Below, one piece after another: positions 1 through 9,312 of a stretch of 41,300 nt of DNA. Under the pieces are notes generated by a model, which saw only the letters and a list, made by a program, of their open reading frames with translations, ran no database searches and was not told where the DNA came from. Numbering within the stretch: position 1 is the stretch's first letter; the number at the start of each line of letters is the position of its first letter. Where the stretch lies: assembly GCA_031260575.1 (NCBI GenBank), contig JAIRJR010000266.1:1-41300 (forward strand). The letters are read 5' to 3'. A program made the position numbers and the translations under genes. The stretch is from Tannerella sp. (GTDB lineage: Bacteria > Bacteroidota > Bacteroidia > Bacteroidales > Tannerellaceae).

Positions 1-178
1 ATGTATGGTTGGCCGAAATCATGGTCGAATTCATCATCAGCGCCGAAACGGCGAAAATCCGACTTTATGACGATTTACCGACCTTTCCGCGATAGCCGAA
101 ATCATATTTGATTTAATCAAGGCGAAGGTCATATTTTCATTTTTTTTCAAAATAAACGGATTTATATTTGAAAATTCG

Positions 179-186
179 TATATTTG
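179..186 (+). promoter_or_regulatory. Bacteroidetes sigma-A -7 promoter box (TATATTTG); second copy at 163-170
   Basis: Matches the TAnnTTTG consensus in an AT-rich gap ~55-60 bp upstream of the dehydrogenase-recA genes. Confidence 0.55.
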
Positions 187-238
187 TCAGTTAATCCATC
201 TCATCAATGGGTTGAAAGATCACGTTTAACTTAAAAAA

Positions 239-1441
239 ATGAATACAATGGGACGAGTTTTAGTTATAGGAGCTGGAGGGGTAAGTACGGTAACCGTCAA
301 AAAGATGGCGATGAACAGCGATGTCTTCACCGATATAATGGTTGCAAGCCGTACGAAAAGCAAATGCGATAAAATCATAGCAGATATCCATAATGTATCA
401 ATCCGTACAGCACAGGTTGATGCCGACCGTGTTGATGATTTATTGAATTTATTCAGACATTTCCAGCCTGATATTGTAGTCAATCTGGCGCTTCCCTATC
501 AGGATTTATCGATCATGGACGCTTGCCTTTCTTTTGGCGTAAGCTATTTGGACACTGCCAACTATGAGCCTTTAGACGAGGCAAAATACGAATATAGCTG
601 GCAATGGGCATATAAAGATCGCTACGAAAAAGCAGGAATCACAGCCATTTTGGGTTGCGGATTTGATCCGGGAGTTACGAGTATTTTTACGGCATTTGCC
701 GCCAAACATTATTTTGATGAAATACACTACTTGGATATAATCGATTGTAATGCGGGCGATCACCAAAAAGCCTTTGCAACGAATTTTAATCCGGAAATCA
801 ATATTCGCGAGATTACCCAAAAGGGGCGTTATTATGAAAACGGCCGATGGCATGACACACCTCCTTTATCTGTGCATCAGCCTATTAACTACCCCAATAT
901 CGGTCCACGCGAATCCTACCTGATGTATCATGAAGAATTGGAAAGTTTGGTGAAAAACTTCCCGACCATCAAACGCGCCCGTTTTTGGATGACATTCGGG
1001 CAGGAATACCTGACTCATCTGCGTGTGATGCAGAATATTGGCATGACAAGCATCAAGCCGGTACTGTTTAATGGCGTAGAAATCGTCCCGATTCAATTTC
1101 TGAAAGCCGTATTGCCCGATCCCGGCGACTTGGGAAAAAACTATACCGGAGAAACTTCGATCGGGTGCCGCATTCGTGGCATCAAAGACGGGAAAGAACG
1201 GACGTATTATGTCTACAACAACTGTAGTCATCAGGCGGCATTCAACGAAACAGGCGCGCAAGGTGTCAGTTATACTACCGGTGTGCCTGCAATGATCGGA
1301 GCAAAATTATTTTTAAACGGTATTTGGAAGAAACCGGGTGTGTGGAATGTGGAAGAATTTGATCCCGACCCGTTTATGAAAGAGCTAAACGAACAGGGCT
1401 TACCGTGGCATGAAGTATTCGATGGAGACTTGGAAATGTAA
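239..1441 (+). CDS. Saccharopine dehydrogenase family protein, probably carboxy(nor)spermidine dehydrogenase; real start may be ATG at 248
   Basis: Rossmann VLVIGAGGV, plus GCGFDPG, NFNPEINIRE, YHEELESL and VSYTTGVPA motifs typical of the family. Confidence 0.85.
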   Translation: MNTMGRVLVIGAGGVSTVTVKKMAMNSDVFTDIMVASRTKSKCDKIIADIHNVSIRTAQVDADRVDDLLNLFRHFQPDIVVNLALPYQDLSIMDACLSFGVSYLDTANYEPLDEAKYEYSWQWAYKDRYEKAGITAILGCGFDPGVTSIFTAFAAKHYFDEIHYLDIIDCNAGDHQKAFATNFNPEINIREITQKGRYYENGRWHDTPPLSVHQPINYPNIGPRESYLMYHEELESLVKNFPTIKRARFWMTFGQEYLTHLRVMQNIGMTSIKPVLFNGVEIVPIQFLKAVLPDPGDLGKNYTGETSIGCRIRGIKDGKERTYYVYNNCSHQAAFNETGAQGVSYTTGVPAMIGAKLFLNGIWKKPGVWNVEEFDPDPFMKELNEQGLPWHEVFDGDLEM

Positions 1442-1473
1442 ATAATGAATCATAACTCATAATTATTAAAAAT

Positions 1474-2520
1474 ATGGCAAAAGACAAAGAAGGCGAAAAA
1501 ACCGCCAAGACAGAAGCCAAACCCGTGGCGATGACTGATAAGTTAAAAGCGCTTCGCGCTACGATGGAGAAGATTGAAAAGAGCTACGGCAAAGGCTCAA
1601 TCATGAAGTTGGGTGAAGAAATCGTTGAGGAAATTGGCGTCATTCCTTCCGGTTCTATCGGCTTGAACGCTGCTTTAGGTGTAGGAGGCTATCCCCGTGG
1701 GCGCGTGATTGAAATCTATGGTCCCGAATCATCAGGTAAAACCACCATAGCCATCCATGCGATTGCCGAAGCCCAGAAAGCCGGCGGTATTGCCGCATTT
1801 ATTGATGCGGAACATGCGTTCGACCGTTTTTATGCAGCAAAACTTGGCGTCGATGTGGAGAATCTATGGATTTCGCAACCGGATAGCGGCGAACAGGCGC
1901 TTGAAATCACCGAACAACTCATCCGTTCTTCGGCAATCGATATTGTCGTCATCGACTCGGTAGCAGCGTTGACTCCCAAAGCCGAACTCGAAGGCGATAT
2001 GGGTGAGAGTAAGATGGGATTACAGGCGCGTCTGATGTCGCAAGCCTTGCGCAAATTGACGGCAACCATCAGCAAAACCAATACGACGTGCATCTTCATC
2101 AATCAGCTACGCGATAAAATCGGGATTACGTTCGGAAATCCGGAAACGACAACAGGGGGTAATGCTTTGAAATTCTACTCATCTGTCCGTTTGGATATTC
2201 GCAGGATCGGGCCTCTGAAAGACGGTGAAGATATCATCGGCAATCAGGTTCGCGTCAAAGTAGTGAAAAACAAAGTAGCGCCGCCGTTCCGCAAAGCTGA
2301 GTTTGACCTGATGTTTGGAGAAGGGATATCGCGTGCCGGCGAAATCGTTGACTTGGGTGTAGATAAGAATATTATCAAGAAAAGCGGTTCGTGGTATAGT
2401 TATGGCGACACCAAGCTGGGTCAAGGCCGCGATGCTGCGAAACAATGTATCAACGACAATCCGGAATTAGCCGAAGAATTGGAAGGATTGATTTTTGAGG
2501 CGCTGAAAACAGGAAAATAA
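1474..2520 (+). CDS. recA: Recombinase RecA
   Basis: Walker [48 protein letters not shown]. Confidence 0.99.
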   Translation: MAKDKEGEKTAKTEAKPVAMTDKLKALRATMEKIEKSYGKGSIMKLGEEIVEEIGVIPSGSIGLNAALGVGGYPRGRVIEIYGPESSGKTTIAIHAIAEAQKAGGIAAFIDAEHAFDRFYAAKLGVDVENLWISQPDSGEQALEITEQLIRSSAIDIVVIDSVAALTPKAELEGDMGESKMGLQARLMSQALRKLTATISKTNTTCIFINQLRDKIGITFGNPETTTGGNALKFYSSVRLDIRRIGPLKDGEDIIGNQVRVKVVKNKVAPPFRKAEFDLMFGEGISRAGEIVDLGVDKNIIKKSGSWYSYGDTKLGQGRDAAKQCINDNPELAEELEGLIFEALKTGK

Positions 2521-2522
2521 AA

Positions 2523-2593
2523 CTCTCCCCAACCCGTTCCGGGTGAGGAAGCCTTTTTCTCCAAGGGAGAGAACTTCCGCACTTGGAGGGGGT
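2523..2593. repeat. GC-rich multi-hairpin element, REP-like
   Basis: Stems ACCCG/CGGGT (2532-2544), TCTCC/GGAGA (2558-2570) and alternative CTCCAAG/CTTGGAG (2559-2588); pyrimidine-rich left end and purine-rich right end. Confidence 0.35.
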
Positions 2594-2595
2594 GT

Positions 2596-3579
2596 ATGGG
2601 GCTTTTTCGTCTTATGTCAGCAAAAGAAGCATATCGTAAACTTTGTCAAACAGAAGAAAGCATACCCGTCTTCTCAAGAGACTGGTGGTTGGACACAGTG
2701 TGCGGGACAGAAAACTGGGAGGTCATCCTGATTTGGGAAAAAAACACGATTCAAGCGGCTTTCCCTTACTATCTCCTTCGTCCCCATCTGATTTCAATGC
2801 CTTTCTATACCCAAACGATGGGAATATGGTTCCCCCCTTTTTCGGACGACACCAAATACATCTCTGTCCAGGAACACCGCCAATCCTTATGTAACCAGAT
2901 CATTGAGCAATTAAAACCTTATAAAAGTTTTTGGCAAAACTTCCATTATGAATTTACCGACTGGCTGCCATTTTACTGGAATAACTATTTGCAAACCACC
3001 CGTTACACTTATTTATTAAAAAGTTTGGATCATCCCGATCGCATGTGGGAAAATATGAGCCAACATACGCGACGGAATATTAAAAAAGCAGTAGAAAAAT
3101 TCCACATCACCGTAAAACAAGGCATTCCCATCGGTGAATTCATGCGTGTCTATGCGCAAACATTTGAACGTCAGAACAAAAAGAACACCCAAGACACAAA
3201 AGTATTGCAGCGGTTAATCGAAGTATGCAGGGAAAGAAAACAAGGTGATTTATGGGGCGGATACGACCCGCAAGGGCAGTTGCATGCTGCTGTTTTCATT
3301 GTATGGCAAAAACAATCAGCCTATTATCTTGCAGGAGGCGGGAATCAAGCGCTTCGTAACTCAGGCGCCCACAGCCTTGTTTTATGGGAAGCGATTCAAT
3401 ATGCCGCAGGCTATTCCGATGTGTTCGACCTTGAAGGCTCAATGATTCCCGGCGTCGAGCGTTTTTTCCGGGAGTTCGGAGGCATCCAGACACCTTACTT
3501 TTCCATCCAAAAAGGCAAACCAAGCCTTTTTGACAGGATTATCATCAAACTTAATAAATATTTTAGCTCAAAATCTTGA
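2596..3579 (+). CDS. GNAT-fold acyltransferase, FemAB/'methicillin resistance protein'-like; start possibly 2614
   Basis: PVFSRDWWLD, TRRNIKKA, YYLAGG...SGAHSLVLWEAI and FDLEGSMIPGVERFFREFGG motifs. Confidence 0.8.
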   Translation: MGLFRLMSAKEAYRKLCQTEESIPVFSRDWWLDTVCGTENWEVILIWEKNTIQAAFPYYLLRPHLISMPFYTQTMGIWFPPFSDDTKYISVQEHRQSLCNQIIEQLKPYKSFWQNFHYEFTDWLPFYWNNYLQTTRYTYLLKSLDHPDRMWENMSQHTRRNIKKAVEKFHITVKQGIPIGEFMRVYAQTFERQNKKNTQDTKVLQRLIEVCRERKQGDLWGGYDPQGQLHAAVFIVWQKQSAYYLAGGGNQALRNSGAHSLVLWEAIQYAAGYSDVFDLEGSMIPGVERFFREFGGIQTPYFSIQKGKPSLFDRIIIKLNKYFSSKS

Positions 3580-3599
3580 TAGAAATAACTTTTTTTATT

Positions 3600-3607
3600 T
3601 ACCTTTG
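3600..3607 (+). promoter_or_regulatory. Sigma-A -7 box (TACCTTTG) for nfeD-flotillin
   Basis: Exact TAnnTTTG 30 bp upstream of the start; TTG-type -33 element at ~3575-3578. Confidence 0.65.
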
Positions 3608-3636
3608 CGAATAGAAAATCAATAAATTAAATAGGT

Positions 3637-4152
3637 ATGGCTTGGTATATAATCGTCTTGATCGTTTCATCGTTTATCGTTGTATTAATGACAATTGTAT
3701 CTCTGTTTTTCGGAGAAGTGGAATTGGATGCTGATGTGGATATTGGTTCCGGCTTTTTGATGAGTGATGTCTTTTCATTCAAGGGACTGCTCCATTTTAC
3801 CATTGGCTTTTCTCTGGCATTGACGCTGTTAGATGAGTTTTCCCTGATTTCAGCTGCGGTCGGCGTTCTTTCCGGACTTGTTTTTATGTTGGCGTTGTAT
3901 TATCTATATAAAATACTTTATAAAAAACTACAACAGAATATGAAATATACGACCGTAATCGACAACATGGATGCAGAAGTTTATTATTGGAATGAAGTCA
4001 CCAAAATGGGCGAAGTATTTATCACATTGGAAGGCCGTCCGGTTACGGTTACGCTCAAAAGTGAAGAAGATATTTCTTTCGAGAAAGGACAAAAAATAAA
4101 GGTTTCGGGAACACGTCATGCTGTTTATCCCGTACGAGATTCGATCATTTAA
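3637..4152 (+). CDS. NfeD-like membrane protein (flotillin partner)
   Basis: Several N-terminal hydrophobic helices, C-terminal OB-fold-like segment (GEVFITLEGR...KGQKIKV), directly upstream of flotillin. Confidence 0.75.
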   Translation: MAWYIIVLIVSSFIVVLMTIVSLFFGEVELDADVDIGSGFLMSDVFSFKGLLHFTIGFSLALTLLDEFSLISAAVGVLSGLVFMLALYYLYKILYKKLQQNMKYTTVIDNMDAEVYYWNEVTKMGEVFITLEGRPVTVTLKSEEDISFEKGQKIKVSGTRHAVYPVRDSII

Positions 4153-4181
4153 AGATTTAAAATTTTAAACAATATTACGGT

Positions 4182-5771
4182 ATGGATATGGATTTTATTA
4201 CACTTATCGGTGGACTGGTGGTACTGTGTTTGCTTACCATCTTGGGGATTTTATCCCGTTTTAGAAGATGCAAATCGGATGAAATATTAGTGATTTACGG
4301 AAAAACGGGCGGCAACAAATCGTCGCGTTGTATTCAGGGTGGGGCGGCTTTTGTGGTTCCCGTTTTGCAGGGCTATGCCTATATGTCTTTGAAACCGCTT
4401 CAATTCGAATGTAACCTGCAAAAGGCATTGTCGTCGCAAAACATTCGTGTGGATGTGCCAACCACGGTTACGGTGGGGATCAGTACCGAACCGGATGTGA
4501 TGCAGGCGGCAGCAGAAAGAATATTAGGCTTGGGACACAAAGAAATAGAAGAGTTGGTGAAAGACATTGTGTATGGTCAGATGCGTACGATTATCGCCGA
4601 TATGACCATCGAGAAGCTGAATGCCGACCGAGACGAATTTCTGCTCAAAGCAAAAGGGCTTATTGATACCGAACTGCGCAAAATCGGTTTGTTTCTGATC
4701 AATATCAATATCACCGATATCCGCGATGAAGCAGGATATATTGTGGCATTGGGAAAAAAAGACCAGGCCAAAGCGATCAACCAGGCTAATGTGGAGATCG
4801 CTACAGCCGAGCGCGAAGGCGAGACGAAAGTAGCCGAGCAGTTGAGAATCAAAAACGCTACCGTAGCCAATACAAAAAAAGAAGAGTTGGTGGCCATTGC
4901 CAATGCCCAACGCGATCAGAGCATTTCTGTGGCGCAAGCCGAATCCGAAAGAGACTCCAAAGTGGCGGAGGCCAAAAAAGACAGGGACATCAATATTGCA
5001 CAATTCGATTCGCAGGCGCGCATTGGTGAAATCGAAGCAACCAAGAAAGTTACAGTTTCCAATGCCGAATTAGAGGTGATTAAAGCCCAATCTCAAAGCC
5101 TGGCGCTTTCGGCTGAAGAAAGGGCGTTGGCAGAAATTGAACGTAACAAAGAAATAGCCCGCAAAGAAGCCGAAGAAGCGCGTGCCAAGCGTACCGAAGC
5201 AGCGCTGACAGCCGAAAGAATTGTACCATCGGAAATTGCGAAGCAGCAAAAACTGATTGATGCGCAGGCTTATCAGCTGAAGTTGGAAAAGGAAGCCGAA
5301 GCCAATGCCAATCAGCAACGTTTGGAAGCGGAAGGCCGCGCCGATGCGATTGCCGCCGAAGGACGCGGAAAAGGCGAAGCAATCTCAGCTGAAGGGTTGG
5401 CGCACGCCAAAGTTATTGAACAACAGGGATTAGCGAAAGCCGCTGCCGAAAAGGCATCGTTAATGGCACAAGCCGAAGGATTTGAGGCGATGGTACGCGT
5501 TGCCGAAAACAATCCGCAAGTGGCAATCCAGTGGAAAATGGTCGAACAATGGAAAGAAATAGCCGCCGAACAGGTCAAGGCATTTGAAAAAATCAACCTG
5601 GGTAATGTCAATGTGATGGATACAACACATGGCAGCACGCTGACTAACTTGCTTACAGGTTTGGTTTCGTCGATCGCTCCGGTTACCGATATCATGAAAA
5701 CCATACCCGGTATTCCCAATATTTTGAAAGTTAATGATTCAACCGAAGAAGCCAAACCAACCAACCAATAA
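4182..5771 (+). CDS. Flotillin family SPFH-domain protein
   Basis: N-terminal TM helix, GGAAFVVPVLQ, ALSSQNIRVDVP, AAERILGL, long Ala/Glu-rich coiled coil. Confidence 0.93.
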   Translation: MDMDFITLIGGLVVLCLLTILGILSRFRRCKSDEILVIYGKTGGNKSSRCIQGGAAFVVPVLQGYAYMSLKPLQFECNLQKALSSQNIRVDVPTTVTVGISTEPDVMQAAAERILGLGHKEIEELVKDIVYGQMRTIIADMTIEKLNADRDEFLLKAKGLIDTELRKIGLFLININITDIRDEAGYIVALGKKDQAKAINQANVEIATAEREGETKVAEQLRIKNATVANTKKEELVAIANAQRDQSISVAQAESERDSKVAEAKKDRDINIAQFDSQARIGEIEATKKVTVSNAELEVIKAQSQSLALSAEERALAEIERNKEIARKEAEEARAKRTEAALTAERIVPSEIAKQQKLIDAQAYQLKLEKEAEANANQQRLEAEGRADAIAAEGRGKGEAISAEGLAHAKVIEQQGLAKAAAEKASLMAQAEGFEAMVRVAENNPQVAIQWKMVEQWKEIAAEQVKAFEKINLGNVNVMDTTHGSTLTNLLTGLVSSIAPVTDIMKTIPGIPNILKVNDSTEEAKPTNQ

Positions 5772-5819
5772 AAAGGGAGAAAAAGTCTTATTTTTTAATT
5801 TTTTTTTAAATATATGTTG

Positions 5820-5827
5820 TAATTTTG
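5820..5827 (+). promoter_or_regulatory. Sigma-A -7 box (TAATTTTG) for the DUF47-pit operon
   Basis: TAnnTTTG in an AT-rich gap 25 bp upstream of the ATG. Confidence 0.6.
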
Positions 5828-5851
5828 CTGCGTTTTTAAATACAATATAAG

Positions 5852-6502
5852 ATGAAACTGAACACTTTTTTAAGCACCTTTGCACCAAAAGAGGTGAAAT
5901 TTAATTCATTACTGATTGAACTTTCCGGAATCGTAGACAAGTCTGCCGATTATATGCAAGAGTTGTTTACAACAGACAACACAGAACAAATCAAAGAATT
6001 GTGCCGGTTGATTAAATTGGAAGAAACAAAAGGTGATGAAGTAACCGGGAAAATATTTAGCGCGCTAAATGTCACATTCCTCACTCCATTTGACAGGGAA
6101 GATCTGTCCGAATTGACCGATAACATTGACGACGTAGTTGATTCGATCAACCGTGGTGCACGGAAAGTATTGCTTTATTCACCGGAAATTGAAGCGCCGG
6201 CCATGTTGGAAATGGCAAAGGTAATTAAAAGAGGCACCTCTGAAATTCATGCCGCTATCAGTGATTTACCTAATTTGAAAAAGTCCTATAATGAAATTGG
6301 GAACCATACCAGGGAAATAAAAACTATCGAAGAAGAAGCCGACAGAATTTATGAAAAGGGAATTTCCACGCTTTTCCACAGCAATGTCAAAACACAGGAA
6401 TTAATTAAAATAAAAGAAATTCTCTTAGATATGGAAAAAGCAGCCAATAAAATTAACAATGTTGGTAAAATACTTAAAACCATTGTGGTAAAATATTCTT
6501 AA
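5852..6502 (+). CDS. DUF47 (PhoU-like) phosphate transport accessory protein
   Basis: LEETKGD, TFLTPFDRED, DDVVD and EEEADR motifs; adjacent to PiT. Confidence 0.92.
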   Translation: MKLNTFLSTFAPKEVKFNSLLIELSGIVDKSADYMQELFTTDNTEQIKELCRLIKLEETKGDEVTGKIFSALNVTFLTPFDREDLSELTDNIDDVVDSINRGARKVLLYSPEIEAPAMLEMAKVIKRGTSEIHAAISDLPNLKKSYNEIGNHTREIKTIEEEADRIYEKGISTLFHSNVKTQELIKIKEILLDMEKAANKINNVGKILKTIVVKYS

Positions 6503-6513
6503 AAATAAAATTT

Positions 6514-7557
6514 ATGGTTTTATTAATTACGGTCATTGCTATTGCGCTGATCTTCGACTACATCAATGGATTTCACGATGCTGCCAACTCGATAGCAACC
6601 ATTGTCACCACTAAAGTATTAACTCCGATACAGGCGGTTATTTGGGCTGCATTTTTTAATTTCATTGCGTTTTACATCGCCAGAGATATTATTGGAGGTT
6701 TCGGAGTTGCCGATACCGTTTCTAAAACGGTGATCACAGAATACATTAATTTGCCTGTCATTTTATCCGGTGTCATAGCGGCTATCATCTGGAACTTGCT
6801 TACCTGGTGGTGGGGTATTCCTTCATCTTCGTCGCACACGCTTATCGGCGGATTTGCGGGAGCAGCAATCATGGCGGCAGGATTTCAAGCAATTAAGGGG
6901 TCGGTCGTTCTCAAAATTGCTTCTTTTATTTTTTTAGCGCCGCTAATCGGGATGATATTTTCTGTAATCATAACAACTGCTATCCTTCACTTGAGCAAAA
7001 GGAAGAATCCACACAAAATGCGAACTGTTTTCAATCGTTTGCAATTGCTTTCTTCCGCCCTGTTCAGTATCGGACACGGATTGAATGACGCACAAAAAGT
7101 AATGGGAATTATTGGCGCGGCATTAATTGTTGCCCACAATCAGGGAATAGGTCATTTTCCCATCTTCTATGATGGACAATTGCATGTACCTGAATGGGTT
7201 GCTTTTTCTTGTCATGCTGCCATAGCGCTTGGTACGATGTCGGGTGGTTGGAGAATTGTGAAAACAATGGGAACAAGGATCACGCGTGTTACGCCTATCG
7301 AAGGTGTTGCTGCTGAGACTGCAGGCGCAATGACCTTATATCTGATGGAAGCATTAAAAATTCCGGTGAGCACTACACATACGATTTCAGGAGCGATTAT
7401 GGGGGTTGGAGCTGTGAAAAGACTGACAGCCGTCCGCTGGGGGGTCACCATCAATATCTTATGGGCATGGATTCTCACCATCCCTGTGAGCGCTTTGCTC
7501 GCAATGTTGATTTATAAATTGATTAGCCTGCTCGGGATTAATAATTATATCAATTAG
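6514..7557 (+). CDS. pit: Inorganic phosphate transporter, PiT family
   Basis: NGFHDAANSIAT, GIPSSSSH, HGLNDAQK and PVSTTH signature motifs. Confidence 0.95.
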   Translation: MVLLITVIAIALIFDYINGFHDAANSIATIVTTKVLTPIQAVIWAAFFNFIAFYIARDIIGGFGVADTVSKTVITEYINLPVILSGVIAAIIWNLLTWWWGIPSSSSHTLIGGFAGAAIMAAGFQAIKGSVVLKIASFIFLAPLIGMIFSVIITTAILHLSKRKNPHKMRTVFNRLQLLSSALFSIGHGLNDAQKVMGIIGAALIVAHNQGIGHFPIFYDGQLHVPEWVAFSCHAAIALGTMSGGWRIVKTMGTRITRVTPIEGVAAETAGAMTLYLMEALKIPVSTTHTISGAIMGVGAVKRLTAVRWGVTINILWAWILTIPVSALLAMLIYKLISLLGINNYIN

Positions 7558-7562
7558 GCATA

Positions 7563-9194
7563 ATGATAAAGCAATTAAGCATAATGGCAATCATTGGAGG
7601 AATGATTATATTGCCGGGTTGCGGCGCTAAGGACAAAGTTGACCTGATCGTCTATAATGCACAGATTTATACCGTTGACGATCATTTTTCGCAAGCTGAA
7701 GCTTTTGCAGTAAAGGATGGCCGCTTTGTTGCTGTAGGCAGTACAAAAGATATACATTCACGATATATTTCCGGCAATGAATTGGATATGCAGGGAGCGC
7801 CATTGTATCCCGGTTTCCATGATGCGCACTGCCATTTTGTTGGATTGGGCCATAGCCTGCAATTTGTAAACCTGCGTGGATCGACTTCTTTTAAGGAAAT
7901 ACTTGACCGTGTAGCCGCCCATCATGCCACATATCCTTCAGAGTGGATCGTAGGAGCCGGCTGGGATCAAAATCTGTGGGAAGACAAACGCTTTCCTGAC
8001 AACAATGAGCTTAACCGGTTGTATCCAAACACGCCTGTTATCCTGAAACGCGTAGACGGTCACGCGATTGTTGCCAATGCAGAGGCAATCAGGAGGGCGG
8101 GAATTAAAACAAACGATCCGGCCATTCTTTCGGGAGAGGCGCAAGTTAAAAATGGGGTTTTCACCGGAATCTTTTTGGAAAACACTGCCGACCGATTGAT
8201 GGGTCAAGTTCCGGAACCCGGTACCGAGGAGTTGACTGCGCTGATATTAAGGGCTGAAGCGTTGTGTAATCAATACGGGCTTACTTCGGTGAGTGATGCC
8301 GGTCTGTCATTACCGGTTATTCAACTTTTGGATTCGCTGCATCAATCCGAACGCTTATCCATGCGAATAGATGCCTGGATGGAACCTTCGGATGCTAATT
8401 TTGAGCGCTTTAAAGCGCCATACCGCACCGATAGGCTTACCGTAAGCTGCCTCAAACTATACATGGACGGTGCATTGGGGTCGCGCGGTGCATGGATGAT
8501 ATCGCCCTATTCCGACGACCCAACCACTACCGGAATTCGTGTCATCACCGACAAGCAATTTATAGATTATTGCCAAAAGGCTTACGATGCCGGATTACAG
8601 GTCGCGACACATTGCATTGGCGATGCCGCCAACCGCTCTACCATAGAACTATACGCCCGGTTTCTCAAGGGAGAGAATGATTTACGCTGGCGTATCGAGC
8701 ATGCCCAGATAGTTGCACCGGAAGATTTTGCCCTTTTCAAAAAATATTCCATCGTTCCTTCCGTACAACCCACACACGCCACTTCCGATATGTTTTGGGC
8801 AATCGACCGAGTAGGCGACAGGTTACAAGGAGCATACGCGTACCGCGAGTTAAAAGAACAATTTGGCTGGCTTCCTTTCGGTACGGATTTTCCGGTGGAA
8901 GAAGTCAATCCCATCCATACCTTTTTTGCGGCGGTATGCAGAAAAAATACAGACTTTTTACCTTCAAACGGATTTCAACCTGAGAACGCCATCTCACGCG
9001 AAGATGCACTTCGTGCGATGACGATCTGGGCAGCCAAAGCCTCTTTCGACGATGGCGTAAAAGGGTCGATTGAGCCGGGCAAATGGGCTGACTTTGTGGT
9101 GTTGGACAAAGATGTGATGAAGGCAGCAGAACAAGATATTCCCGGAATAACAGTAAAAGCCACCTTCATTGCCGGACAGCAAATGAAATTTTGA
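7563..9194 (+). CDS. Amidohydrolase (YtcJ-like, amidohydrolase_3), probable lipoprotein
   Basis: PGFHDAHCH, DGALGSRGA, HCIGDAAN, RIEHAQ, FGTDFPVE and GSIEPGKWADFVVL; signal peptide ending ILPGC. Confidence 0.9.
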   Translation: MIKQLSIMAIIGGMIILPGCGAKDKVDLIVYNAQIYTVDDHFSQAEAFAVKDGRFVAVGSTKDIHSRYISGNELDMQGAPLYPGFHDAHCHFVGLGHSLQFVNLRGSTSFKEILDRVAAHHATYPSEWIVGAGWDQNLWEDKRFPDNNELNRLYPNTPVILKRVDGHAIVANAEAIRRAGIKTNDPAILSGEAQVKNGVFTGIFLENTADRLMGQVPEPGTEELTALILRAEALCNQYGLTSVSDAGLSLPVIQLLDSLHQSERLSMRIDAWMEPSDANFERFKAPYRTDRLTVSCLKLYMDGALGSRGAWMISPYSDDPTTTGIRVITDKQFIDYCQKAYDAGLQVATHCIGDAANRSTIELYARFLKGENDLRWRIEHAQIVAPEDFALFKKYSIVPSVQPTHATSDMFWAIDRVGDRLQGAYAYRELKEQFGWLPFGTDFPVEEVNPIHTFFAAVCRKNTDFLPSNGFQPENAISREDALRAMTIWAAKASFDDGVKGSIEPGKWADFVVLDKDVMKAAEQDIPGITVKATFIAGQQMKF

Positions 9195-9257
9195 ACCTTT
9201 TTGGGGTCATTATATATCTGACTGAAGCCGGATATGCTATAATAATCAGAAAATAAT

Positions 9258-9265
9258 TACCTTTG
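9258..9265 (+). promoter_or_regulatory. Sigma-A -7 box (TACCTTTG) for tamB-tamL
   Basis: Exact TAnnTTTG ~48 bp upstream of the ATG. Confidence 0.6.
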
Positions 9266-9312
9266 CATCAAAACTATATTAGGCAATGTGATCGCGCAAT
9301 GACATTACCGGG

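Noticed and set aside
3-95. Open frame VWLAEIMVEF...PTFPR* as the tail of an upstream gene
   Set aside because: Only 30 codons with no recognisable motif; cannot be supported from this window
3637-5771. NfeD-like/flotillin pair as a novel system
   Set aside because: Well-known conserved gene pair
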